DNA of 64,000 nucleotides from an uncultured Thermoleophilaceae bacterium (GTDB lineage Bacteria; Actinomycetota; Thermoleophilia; Solirubrobacterales; Thermoleophilaceae): NCBI GenBank assembly GCA_963733885.1, contig CAVTES010000002.1, positions 43,896 to 107,895 of the forward strand, read 5' to 3'. Shown piece by piece: positions 48,263 to 57,190 of this stretch (position 1 is its first letter; each line of letters starts with the position of its first letter). The notes under the pieces were generated by a model. It saw only the letters and a program-made list of their open reading frames with translations, ran no database searches and was not told where the DNA came from. The position numbers and the translations under genes were made by a program.

Positions 48263-49492
48263 CTATTGGATGACCGTCCCGGTGAAGGTCTCCCGGCCCT
48301 CCCCGCGTCTCGACTCGAGCACCCCCCTCATCCGGCCCTCACCGCTGAGTCCCTCAAAGCGGCCGAGGCCCTTCACGACCTTCCAATCGCTGCTTTGTTT
48401 CACCCCAGGTGGCGTTGAGGTGAATGTGATCGTCAGGGTGCCGCCGGGGCAGCGGAACGACCTCAGCACCGACCGGCGCGGAGCCTCCACAGGCCCATCG
48501 ATGAATTTCCCCCCGGCGCAGAAGGCTGTGTCGCCGATGGTGGACGCGGAAAGAACCTCGCCCGTCGACTCGCCCCTCGCGTTGAGGGGAGCCAGGTGCG
48601 TCTTGATCACGATTGAGCGCAATCTGTCCTCGTACGTCTCGATGAAGTTCTCCCACGGCGCGGTCGAGATGGAGACGTCGCCCGCGAACGGTTTCTGCAG
48701 CGCGAAGATCAAGAAGAGCACGAACCCCGTCAGCAGGGCGGTTGCGCCCACCGATACTACGTGCATGCTCAGGTGCGCCATCTTGAACTGGAAGGTGAAC
48801 GCCATCGTGATCACGAAGCCGATGATTAGCAGCAGCCACAGGGCCAGGGGGACGCTCGATTCGCTGGCATTCACCCGCTGGCGCCGGTTGACGGCAACGT
48901 CATTCAGCCGGGTGATTGATTCGGCGTAGAACGCGGTCTCGGTGGCGCCGCGCGGCGTGTAGTCGTACCACAGGCGCCAGATCGCTTCGTAGCGCGTTCT
49001 GGTGAGGGGGTCGAGGTCGCCGTCGGCCATCGTGCGCCATTCCCGGTTAATCACTGAGTGGACGTACGCCACTACGGCCTCGTGCATCTCCTCGCGGGTC
49101 TCCTCCGGGAAGGGCTGCGCATCGCGCATGAGATTCCCCAGGCGGGTCACCTCCTCTTCGCTGAGCTTGCCGGCGGCGGTGAAGTCGGTCCAGACGGCCA
49201 CCGTCACGAACGCCAGCAAAATCGCGTAGGCGACGCCGGCCAAGCTCAAGAACGCCGCCTTCGTGTCCTGGTCGGCGGCGCGCAGGTCCGGAGGGACCCA
49301 GCGCACCACCGCCAGCAGGCCCGCCACCGCCAGCAGCGTGCTGCCCCCGACGATGACGATCCCCTGGACCAAGGTGTTGTCCGTAAACCAGTCCAGGTTG
49401 TCAGTCCCCTCGCGGGCCGGGCAGAGCGGCGGGCGCGACAGGCTCGCCGTCGGCCGGCGATCCGCCCAACAGCGCCTCCGCGAATTGATCAA
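48263..49492 (-). CDS. DUF4239-family membrane protein with a distinct ~110-aa C-terminal extension
   Basis: VINREWRTM, helices, and KPFAGDVSISTAPW, paralogous to 46587..47849 but with an unrelated C-terminal domain. The true start may be the in-frame TTG at 49372 (MVQGIVIVGGSTLL), because the first 40 codons look non-coding. Confidence 0.7.
   Translation of the reverse strand: MINSRRRCWADRRPTASLSRPPLCPAREGTDNLDWFTDNTLVQGIVIVGGSTLLAVAGLLAVVRWVPPDLRAADQDTKAAFLSLAGVAYAILLAFVTVAVWTDFTAAGKLSEEEVTRLGNLMRDAQPFPEETREEMHEAVVAYVHSVINREWRTMADGDLDPLTRTRYEAIWRLWYDYTPRGATETAFYAESITRLNDVAVNRRQRVNASESSVPLALWLLLIIGFVITMAFTFQFKMAHLSMHVVSVGATALLTGFVLFLIFALQKPFAGDVSISTAPWENFIETYEDRLRSIVIKTHLAPLNARGESTGEVLSASTIGDTAFCAGGKFIDGPVEAPRRSVLRSFRCPGGTLTITFTSTPPGVKQSSDWKVVKGLGRFEGLSGEGRMRGVLESRRGEGRETFTGTVIQ
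48627..48751. repeat. Direct repeat copy B (inside the DUF4239 gene)
   Basis: See copy A. The copies are 543 nt apart. Confidence 0.85.
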
Positions 49493-49613
49493 GCTCCTTG
49501 TAGACCGTCGTGTCCCCGTCGGGTTGCGCGCGCAGGCGGTCCTGCAGCCGGCGCAGCTCGGCCACCACGGCCAGGCGCTCGCGGCCGGAGTCGGCCACAG
49601 CGCGCGCCGTCAC
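49401..49613 (-). CDS. Small hypothetical protein (70 aa)
   Basis: GTG start 33 nt after the stop of the upstream membrane-protein gene, with a purine-rich stretch before it. Coiled-coil-like LAVVAELRRLQDRLRA...YKELDQFAEALL. No homology recognised. Confidence 0.3.
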   Translation of the reverse strand: MTARAVADSGRERLAVVAELRRLQDRLRAQPDGDTTVYKELDQFAEALLGGSPADGEPVAPAALPGPRGD

Positions 49614-49646
49614 CCGCTTCCGCCCTTCTTGTCGCTGTTTTTCTCC

Positions 49647-51008
49647 TTAACCGGTTGTGCGAAGCCCGCCATGTATACGCCGGGCGTGCATGGGGGGCGC
49701 GAGGGTGGGGCGGCCCCCCGGGCTTTCCGTGCTGTCCGGGCAGGCCGCGCGGAACTTGAGCTTCCCGCCCTCCTCCACGAGCATCGGGGCGGTGAACTGG
49801 AAGGCGAGGTCACGGAAGTTCTCGAGCGACTGGACGAAGAGCACGTCACCATCGACGGCGAGCTTGACGACCCCGGGGTCGGCCATCGGGTTGCCGAAGA
49901 CGAGATCGGTCAGCAGCCAACGCTCGCCGTCCGGGACCTTGACGGCATCCTTGCAGCGCGGAGGACATTTCACCGACAGACGGATTGAAGTCGGTTGCCC
50001 TGGAATCGGTCCAGCCGCCAGGGACCGTGCGATGCTCGTCGCGGCCTCGGACGCCGCGGAGGCCGACTCTGCGTCGCCGCTCGCCGCCGACGCCGTCTTC
50101 TCGGCTGTCGACGCGGCTTTCTGCGCGGCCGTCGCCTCGGCGCTGGCGGCGTCGGCGGTCGAGCTCGCGCTTGCAGCCGTCTTCGCCGCCTCGCTCGCCG
50201 TCTCGGTTGCCGCGGCGGAGTCTCGGGCCGCCTCCTGAGTTTGCTGATCTTGCTTCGCGGCGGTGGTCATCTCCGCGGTCGACTCGACGTCGGGCTTCAG
50301 GAACGCCCAGGCGAGCGCGAGCGCGGCGACGAGGAGGGCGAGAGGCACGAGCAGCCGCGGCAGGAGCGCACGCTGGACGTATATGCCGTCGATGACGAGC
50401 GGCTCCGGTCCCGGTGCTTCGACGAGCACCTGGAACACGTGCATTCGCTCGGGGCCGGTCAGCAATCGGTCTCGCGCCCGCACCTGGACCTTCGAGAACG
50501 CCGCCGTGCCCGGCGGCGCCGTCAGCTTCCCGGGCGCGAAGCGGAACTCGAGCGCGTTGTCCTTGTCGGCTCCGGACACCGGAGCGCTCACCGGCGTATT
50601 TCCGAAGTTGTCGAAGGCGAGCTGGTGCTTTCCCCGCCTGCGTCCGCGCGAGGTGCGCGGCGCGAGCTCCGCAGCGGTGTTATGGAACGAGCCGACGGTC
50701 AGCACGCCTTCCTCGGCCGTCCCCTCCGGGTCTTCTGCAGAGGAGACGATCACGGCGAACGGCACGACGCCGGGCACGGTGGACGAGGTGCGCGGCGGCC
50801 GCAGGCGGACGTTCACGACGTCCTCCGCGTCAGGGAAGAGCGCGATCCTCGGCGGCTCGACTTCCGCCCACTCCTCCGGCTCCCCGGCGACGCGGACGGA
50901 GTACTCGTCGACGACGGAGCTCGGGTTCCGAATCCGGATCGGGACGACGAGCTCGCCGCCCGGCTCTACCGCGAGCGACGGGGGCAGCGGGGACGCAACA
51001 GCGCTCAT
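49647..51008 (-). CDS. Bitopic membrane protein: two Ig-like (CARDB/NEW3-like) domains, one TM helix, Ala/Ser/Thr-rich linker, ~130-aa C-terminal domain
   Basis: Trimmed to the ATG at 51008 (MSAVASPLPPSLAVEPGGELVVPIRIRNPSSVVDEYSV...). TM LLVPLALLVAALALAWAFL. Low-complexity AATETASEAAKTAASASSTADAASAEATAAQKAAS. Divergent from the LuxR gene of the CIS locus. Confidence 0.7.
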   Translation of the reverse strand: MSAVASPLPPSLAVEPGGELVVPIRIRNPSSVVDEYSVRVAGEPEEWAEVEPPRIALFPDAEDVVNVRLRPPRTSSTVPGVVPFAVIVSSAEDPEGTAEEGVLTVGSFHNTAAELAPRTSRGRRRGKHQLAFDNFGNTPVSAPVSGADKDNALEFRFAPGKLTAPPGTAAFSKVQVRARDRLLTGPERMHVFQVLVEAPGPEPLVIDGIYVQRALLPRLLVPLALLVAALALAWAFLKPDVESTAEMTTAAKQDQQTQEAARDSAAATETASEAAKTAASASSTADAASAEATAAQKAASTAEKTASAASGDAESASAASEAATSIARSLAAGPIPGQPTSIRLSVKCPPRCKDAVKVPDGERWLLTDLVFGNPMADPGVVKLAVDGDVLFVQSLENFRDLAFQFTAPMLVEEGGKLKFRAACPDSTESPGGRPTLAPPMHARRIHGGLRTTG

Positions 51009-51178
51009 CCGCGGCAACCCTACGTCCGCAGCCGCGGGCGCGCCCAAACGGGCCGGGAAGTCCTCCGGGCACGTCCATTTGCCCGATCGGCCACCAGGTT
51101 AAGTCGCTGGTAGGTGCCCGGAAAGTGCATCCCGTCACACTCGGGCAACGTTCGCGCCGCAACGACTAGGAGGCTGTC

Positions 51179-51799
51179 GTGAATGAGCAGGTCACGCTAC
51201 GCATTTGTGCTCAAGACCCTGTCTCGAGGGCGGGCGTCGGCGCTGCGCTCCGGGACTGGCCGGCGATGCGCGTGGTCGACGCCGATGATCCGGCCACGGT
51301 CGCGATCGTCGTCGCCGACGCGATCGACGATGACGCAGTCCGCGCGATCCGCGCGGCGCAAAGAACGGGATCCGGCCGCGTCGTGCTCCTCGTCGGCCGG
51401 ATCGACGACCGTGGGCTTCTGGCCGCCGTCGAGGCGGGTATCTGCGGCCTGGTCCGCCGCTCCGAGGCCTCTCCGGCGGAGATCGCCCAGGCCGTCCGGC
51501 GCGCTGCGGCCGGCGACGGAACGCTGCCGAGCGATCTGCTCGGCCGGCTGTTGGAGCAGGTCGGACGGCTTCAACGCCAGGTTCTCGCCCCGAGCGGGCT
51601 CAACTTCAACGGTCTCAGCAAGCGCGAGGTCGAGGTTCTCCGCCTCGTCGCCGAGGGCCTCGACACGAGCGAGATCGCGCGGAGCCTCGCCTACTCCGAG
51701 CGGACGATCAAGAACGTGATCCACGACGTCACGTCGCGGTTCCAGCTCCGAAACCGTTCCCAGGCCGTCGCCTACGCGCTGCGAGAAGGTTTGATCTAG
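51179..51799 (+). CDS. LuxR/NarL-family regulator with an atypical (pseudo-)receiver domain
   Basis: AGGAGG RBS 6 nt before the GTG. C-terminal HTH LSKREVEVLRLVAEGLDTSEIARSLAYSERTIKNVIHDV. In the N-terminal REC-like fold the acidic DD pair is QD and the conserved T and K positions appear substituted. Confidence 0.85.
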   Translation: MNEQVTLRICAQDPVSRAGVGAALRDWPAMRVVDADDPATVAIVVADAIDDDAVRAIRAAQRTGSGRVVLLVGRIDDRGLLAAVEAGICGLVRRSEASPAEIAQAVRRAAAGDGTLPSDLLGRLLEQVGRLQRQVLAPSGLNFNGLSKREVEVLRLVAEGLDTSEIARSLAYSERTIKNVIHDVTSRFQLRNRSQAVAYALREGLI

Positions 51800-51939
51800 T
51801 CTCGTCGGCGCACGGCGCGCAGCCGGCCTCGGAAGACGGGCGGCGCACAAGCCAACGGCCCGTTCGGGCAGCGCTCGCCGCCCGAAAGGTTGCCCGTGAC
51901 CTGCTCGTCCCGGTCCGTTCGAGGCGGCAGCCTACTGTC

Positions 51940-52551
51940 GTGATCCACGACGTGGACGAGTCGCTGCGCCGTCTCGTCGTCCGCGACGCCGTGGCCGGCT
52001 CCGGCGCCGACTTGAGCTTCGAGGCCCCGACGAAGGAGTGGGCGGCACGGCGCAACGCCCCGACGGTCAACGTCTATCTCTACGACGTCCGAGAGGACGT
52101 CGAGCGTCGCGACGTCAAGTACGAGGACGTGCGCGACGAGGACGGTCGGGTCGTCTCCCGCCGCCAACCACCCCGACGCTTCGAGCTCTCGTACCTCGTC
52201 ACGGTGTGGACGCAGCGACCTGAGGACGAGCATCGGATGCTGTCGTCGCTTCTCGCGTCGCTGCTGTCCCACGACCGGCTGCCGAAGGACGTGCTCGCCG
52301 GCCTGCTCGCCGAAGAGCCGCATCCGATCCTCGTGCGGGTCGCGATGCCGGCGGCGAAAGATCACTCGCTAGCCGACATCTGGTCTGCCCTCGGCGGTGA
52401 GCTGAAGCCTTCCCTTGCCCTCGTCGTGACGGTGCCCTTCGACAGCGGCCGCGTTCGGGCCGCCGGTCCCCCGGTTCTCGAGCCGCTCCGGGTTCGGGTG
52501 ATCGGCCCGGAGCCGAGGGGCCACGAGAGACGGAGAGGGGAACGTAGGTGA
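51940..52551 (+). CDS. DUF4255 (Pvc16/Afp16 N-terminal domain-like) tail terminator/cap protein
   Basis: IHDVDESLRRLV...APTKEW...PTVNVYLYDVRED...FELSYLVTVWT...EHRMLSSLL is the typical DUF4255 pattern. Confidence 0.83.
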   Translation: MIHDVDESLRRLVVRDAVAGSGADLSFEAPTKEWAARRNAPTVNVYLYDVREDVERRDVKYEDVRDEDGRVVSRRQPPRRFELSYLVTVWTQRPEDEHRMLSSLLASLLSHDRLPKDVLAGLLAEEPHPILVRVAMPAAKDHSLADIWSALGGELKPSLALVVTVPFDSGRVRAAGPPVLEPLRVRVIGPEPRGHERRRGERR

Positions 52552-54689
52552 GCCCGCCACGCCCTAGTAGGGCTTCCGAGGCGGAAGACGCGTCGCTCGC
52601 CCACGTTCTGGGGCGCCTCGGCGTCGTCGAGGCTCGAGTTCGCGCCGGGATCGCGCGGCGCCGCAGCGATGGCCAGCCGGATGATCCTTTCCGAGGTCTC
52701 TACGTCTCGGACGAGGACGTGGAAAGGCTGTTCGCAGGCGGCCGGCCCCCGCGCGAGGCGCTGGCCGGCACCAAGCTGCTCCGGGACGTCGAGCGAGGAG
52801 CGGACATCGCCGAGGAGGCTGGAAAGGCGCTCCGTCTGCGACGCCTTGCGCGGACGTTCGAGCTCGCGTCGTTCGATATCGACCTGCTGCTGGTAGCCCT
52901 CGCGCCCGACCTCGACCCTCGCTTCGAGCGGCTCTACGGATACCTACACGACGACGTCGGGCGGCGGCGCGCGACGGTCGGGCTGGCGCTCGAGCTCGCG
53001 GGCCAGGCGGGAGTGGATGCTGGCGGTCGCTCCCGCCTGAGCGCCGCGAGCGCGCTTGTCGAAGGCGGCCTCCTCGTGGTCGAAGAGGCAGATCGGCCGT
53101 TTCTCACGCGCTCCCTCCGTGTCCCGGACCGGGTCACGATGCACGTCCTCGGCGACGATCGCGTCGACGCCGTCGTCGCGCCCCTCGTCGCGGCTGGCGA
53201 TCCCTCCTTCAGCGGCGATCCCGTAGCGCTCGCGCGTGTCCTCGCCGACGGCTGCCTCCTCGCCTATCTGCGGGACCGCACCCTCTCGGCGGCACGCTCC
53301 CTAGCCTGTGCGGCCTTCGCCCGGGTCGGGATCGGTGTCCTTCCGCTTGATCTCGCCCGCCTCGCCTCCGGCGACGATGTCATGGCCGTCGCTGAGGCGG
53401 CGTTGCGCGAGGCGCGCCTCTCCGGGGCGGCGCTCGTTGCGGGCCCCATCGAGCGGCTGGTCGAGCTCCAGCCCGCTGCTATGCGACGCCTCTCCGAATC
53501 CGGCTGGCCGACGGCGTTGACGGGGGCCGTTCCGTGGGATCCGGCGTGGTCGCGCGAGGTGCCGCTGGTCGTCGACGTCGCCCCGGCGACCGGACGCGAG
53601 CGGGTGCGCTTGTGGCGCGCAGCGCTCGACGGCGACCTGCCCCCCGGCGTCGATCCTGCGGAGGTGGTGTCCCTGTTGCGCCTCGGGCCGGACGAGGTGC
53701 GGCAGGCGGTGCGAGCGGCCACGCTCCGCGCTTGCCTGGAGGCGCGTCCACTCGCGGTCGACGATATTCACGCCGGCGCCCGGGCCCAGAACGCGCCCGC
53801 GCTCGAGCGCCTCGCCCGGCGCCGTTCGCCGCGCGTTGGGTGGAGCGACCTCATCCTTCCCAAGGAGACGATCCTCGCCTTGCGCGAGCTCGCGGACCGG
53901 GCAGTCCACCGCGATCGAGTGCTCGACGAGTGGGCGCTGGCCACCCTGTCGAACGGCCGGGGAATCAAAACGCTCTTCGCGGGCGAGCCAGGGACGGGCA
54001 AGACGATGGCCGCGGAGGTCATCGCGCACGCCCTGGGCGTCGATCTCTACACGATCGACCTCGCCACGGTCGTGGACAAGTACGTCGGGGAAACGGAGAA
54101 GAACCTCGAGCGCATCTTCCGTGCAGCCGAGGGCGTCCACGGCATCCTGTTCTTCGACGAGGCGGACGCGCTCTTTGGCAAGCGTTCCGAGGTCCGGGAC
54201 GCGCACGACCGCTACGCGAACGTCGAGACCGCGTACCTCCTCCAGCGCATGGAGACGTTCGACGGGATCGCGGTCCTCGCGACGAACCTGCGCTCCAACA
54301 TCGACGACGCGTTCGCGCGGCGACTCGACGCGGTCGTCGACTTCCCGCTCCCGGACGCGGAACGCCGGGGGCTTCTCTGGGACCGCTGCCTCGGCGACGT
54401 CCCGCGCGCCGCGGACGTCGACCTCGACTTCTGCGCGCACGCGTTCGAACTCTCGGGAGGGAGCATCCGCAACATCGCGCTGGCAGCCGCATACACGGCG
54501 GCCGCCGGCCAGGGGAAGGTCGGCATGCCCGAGCTCATCAATGCGACCAAGGCCGAGTATCGCAAGCTCGGGCGGCTCTGCAGCGAGGCCGAGTTCGCGC
54601 GCTACTACCCGCTCGTCGCCGATACGGATTCGTCGGGCGCCGGGTCGGCAAACGACGTGATAGCGAGGGTCCATGGGACACCAGCGTGA
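52548..54689 (+). CDS. AAA+ ATPase (Afp15/Pvc15-like CIS ATPase)
   Basis: The GTG overlaps the upstream stop (GTGA). Large N-terminal region, then GEPGTGKTMAAEVIA (Walker A), ILFFDEADALFGKRS (Walker B), and LATNLRSNIDDAFARR. Confidence 0.9.
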   Translation: MSPPRPSRASEAEDASLAHVLGRLGVVEARVRAGIARRRSDGQPDDPFRGLYVSDEDVERLFAGGRPPREALAGTKLLRDVERGADIAEEAGKALRLRRLARTFELASFDIDLLLVALAPDLDPRFERLYGYLHDDVGRRRATVGLALELAGQAGVDAGGRSRLSAASALVEGGLLVVEEADRPFLTRSLRVPDRVTMHVLGDDRVDAVVAPLVAAGDPSFSGDPVALARVLADGCLLAYLRDRTLSAARSLACAAFARVGIGVLPLDLARLASGDDVMAVAEAALREARLSGAALVAGPIERLVELQPAAMRRLSESGWPTALTGAVPWDPAWSREVPLVVDVAPATGRERVRLWRAALDGDLPPGVDPAEVVSLLRLGPDEVRQAVRAATLRACLEARPLAVDDIHAGARAQNAPALERLARRRSPRVGWSDLILPKETILALRELADRAVHRDRVLDEWALATLSNGRGIKTLFAGEPGTGKTMAAEVIAHALGVDLYTIDLATVVDKYVGETEKNLERIFRAAEGVHGILFFDEADALFGKRSEVRDAHDRYANVETAYLLQRMETFDGIAVLATNLRSNIDDAFARRLDAVVDFPLPDAERRGLLWDRCLGDVPRAADVDLDFCAHAFELSGGSIRNIALAAAYTAAAGQGKVGMPELINATKAEYRKLGRLCSEAEFARYYPLVADTDSSGAGSANDVIARVHGTPA

Positions 54690-56760
54690 GCACGAGCATG
54701 GCGCGTCGCGACAGCAGCCTCGCCGGGACGATTCGGCCGCTGCGCGCACGCCCGACTTGGCTCCCGGGCTCGGGAACGTGGCCCTGCAGCGCCTATTTCG
54801 CGGCGCCATCTCCCGTTTCGCCTCCGAGGGGGGCCCGGTCGACGAGACGGTCGGGCGGGCGATCGAGGCCGCGCGCGGCGGCGGGCACCAGCTCGACCCG
54901 GCCGCCCGGCCCGACCTCGAGTCGGCCCTGGGCGAGGATTTCTCGGAGGTCCGCCTCCACACGGACGCGACCGCGGACCACCTGAGCCGGGCCGTCGAGG
55001 CGACGGCGTTCACGACCGGAAGCGACATCTTCTTCCGCTCCGGGGCGTACGAGCCGCTGAGCTCGGCCGGCCGGAAGCTCCTCGCCCACGAGCTGACGCA
55101 CGTCGTTCAGCAGCGCGGCGCCCCTCCTGCCCAGGAGCTCAGGGTGACCGATCCCGGCGACGCGTCCGAGCGTGAGGCGGAGGCGATCGCCGAGCAGGTG
55201 GCGCGATTCCCGGCCAGCCAGGTGCCAGTGGAGCGGGTCGGTCTACAGCGGCAGGGCAGCACTGGATCGCGCGCGCAAGGCTCAGATCGGGCATTCGTTG
55301 GGCGCGTGGTCTCTCCCGCGGCGTTTGAAGCGCTGGCGCTGCAGCGGGCGATCGGCAACCGCGCGACGATGCAGGTCATCCAGCGCCGACTGCCCGACTT
55401 TGCCGCCGTCAGCCCGGAAATCATGGGTGCGTCGCCGGAGGCACTAGTGGCCGAGAAGAAGTTCAAGCAGGTCATCAAGCGGACCATCGAGGCGATGCGC
55501 GAACGCGACGCCGCGGTCGTCGCAGACGCTGTGACGCGCTTCGTGGCCCAGCATCAGGGTGTGTACCACCGGAGGCTGCTCGACGAGGACCTTCCCCTCG
55601 GCGACGTGGACAAGTCGCTGCTGGGCGACCTGATGACGGCGCTTCAGGCCGCGCAACATCACGCCCAACGGGAACACGCCGAGGTGGCCTATCCGCGGCC
55701 CGACGTGCGTACCGGGCCTCCTACGGGCCCTCAGGAAGTCGTCCTCAGGGCGCTCGTACGGAACGCCCTCTCGACGATGGCCAACATCGCCGCGGGCGAC
55801 CATACGGCCGCCGTGTGGTGGGTGTTCGGAAGTCGCGTCGCCGACGCTGAGAAGGTGTTCGGCGAGTCCGCGATTGCGCTCGCCCGGCTCTTCTCTCACG
55901 ACAACATCATTGTGGACACTCGTGGCGATCAGACGGCCGTCCACGCCGCAGGACTGACCAACAAAGACCGCATGGCGCTGTCTCCGGAGGTGCTCGCGGC
56001 GGCGACGCCCGAGAACCAGGTCAAGATCATCCACGAGAGCACGCACGCCATCGACAACGCGACGACGGACGACGCGTACGTCGACCTCACGCCGGGCTCG
56101 CCCTTCCTGAACGCGACCGAGGACCAGAAGGTCCGGCGAGCTCCGTATTACGAGGAGCTCGCCCGCGGCGTGCTCCGAATTCGTGTGCTCCCCGTGTTCA
56201 CACCTGGTGGCAACGTCGTGGCCCAGGCAAGCCCGCCTCAGGCGGCGGTCGAGCAAATGGTCACCCGGGCATGGACCGTCGCCATCAACGCCCGCGATCG
56301 TCTACTGGACTGGGCGCGGATACAGACGACACCGATGTGGACCGGGCAGGACGACGCCACAATGAAACAACTGGGCACCCAGCTCGCGAACCTGTCTCGC
56401 GCCCTGGGGCTCACCATCCATCACCGCATGCCGGCCAACGGCTACCCGCCGTTGGTCGGCGACCTGGACCTGACCATCGCAGAGGACCGTGCCGCACAGC
56501 TCTCGAAGCTCATCGGCAAAGCAAAGAACTTCACCGCACAGGACACCCGGACGGGAACTACCTGGCTGCTCGGCAAGAGCACGCACGAACATCTGGTCGA
56601 CCTGATCCTCCAACAGGTCGTGGCCACCCACGGGCACAGCCGCAAGGACGCGGCCAAGGAAGAGGCGATGATCCGCGCGCTGGCCTCGGTTTACGACACG
56701 GGACGCGAGAGACGATTGATGGCCGCGGTCCCGGCCCCGCTCGCCGGGTACTACGGATGA
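54673..56760 (+). CDS. DUF4157 domain protein with a large C-terminal domain carrying a second HExxH motif (candidate CIS-associated effector)
   Basis: DUF4157 core LGEDFSEVRLHTD...AFTTGSDIFF...LLAHELTHVVQQ (HELTH at 55087-55101). DPGDASEREAEAIAEQV. LALQRAIGNRATMQV. Second motif KIIHESTHAID (HESTH at 56032-56046). Confidence 0.83.
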   Translation: MGHQREHEHGASRQQPRRDDSAAARTPDLAPGLGNVALQRLFRGAISRFASEGGPVDETVGRAIEAARGGGHQLDPAARPDLESALGEDFSEVRLHTDATADHLSRAVEATAFTTGSDIFFRSGAYEPLSSAGRKLLAHELTHVVQQRGAPPAQELRVTDPGDASEREAEAIAEQVARFPASQVPVERVGLQRQGSTGSRAQGSDRAFVGRVVSPAAFEALALQRAIGNRATMQVIQRRLPDFAAVSPEIMGASPEALVAEKKFKQVIKRTIEAMRERDAAVVADAVTRFVAQHQGVYHRRLLDEDLPLGDVDKSLLGDLMTALQAAQHHAQREHAEVAYPRPDVRTGPPTGPQEVVLRALVRNALSTMANIAAGDHTAAVWWVFGSRVADAEKVFGESAIALARLFSHDNIIVDTRGDQTAVHAAGLTNKDRMALSPEVLAAATPENQVKIIHESTHAIDNATTDDAYVDLTPGSPFLNATEDQKVRRAPYYEELARGVLRIRVLPVFTPGGNVVAQASPPQAAVEQMVTRAWTVAINARDRLLDWARIQTTPMWTGQDDATMKQLGTQLANLSRALGLTIHHRMPANGYPPLVGDLDLTIAEDRAAQLSKLIGKAKNFTAQDTRTGTTWLLGKSTHEHLVDLILQQVVATHGHSRKDAAKEEAMIRALASVYDTGRERRLMAAVPAPLAGYYG

Positions 56761-57190
56761 CGCTGAGCGAGCGGCTCCCGGCGCGTCCCGGGTCGGAGGT
56801 CACACGAAGCGGTTTAGACAGAGCCGGGAGCGACAACGCCGCGCTTCCGCCCGTCACCAGAACTCGGTCGCAGTGTGGCGAGCACGGCGCTGAAACGCAA
56901 AGACTTCAAGTCACTCGACGACTTGGCCGCGGGTGGTCGAGCTTCGTCTCTCTATGCAACCTTGGCGGAGCGAGGGGCTCGGGTCGATGGCAACGCAGCC
57001 ACACGGATCGTTTGATCTAGCGCCGACATCGTCTGAGAGTCGGGCCACGGAGGCCGTTCGGGGTTAGCTCACCGTTCCCTGCCCCTTCGGGCACGGACCG
57101 GCTGCCCCTAGGGCGACCCGCTCGGATATTGCTCGTGGGCGGCGTGGGCGCGACGCTCGGCGTCGATCCACTCCGATCTCGGGAGACTTT

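Noticed and set aside
53301-55028. 575-aa minus-strand ORF opposite the AAA+ ATPase and DUF4157 genes
   Set aside because: Antisense artefact. The Walker A/B and DUF4157 motifs are on the plus strand.
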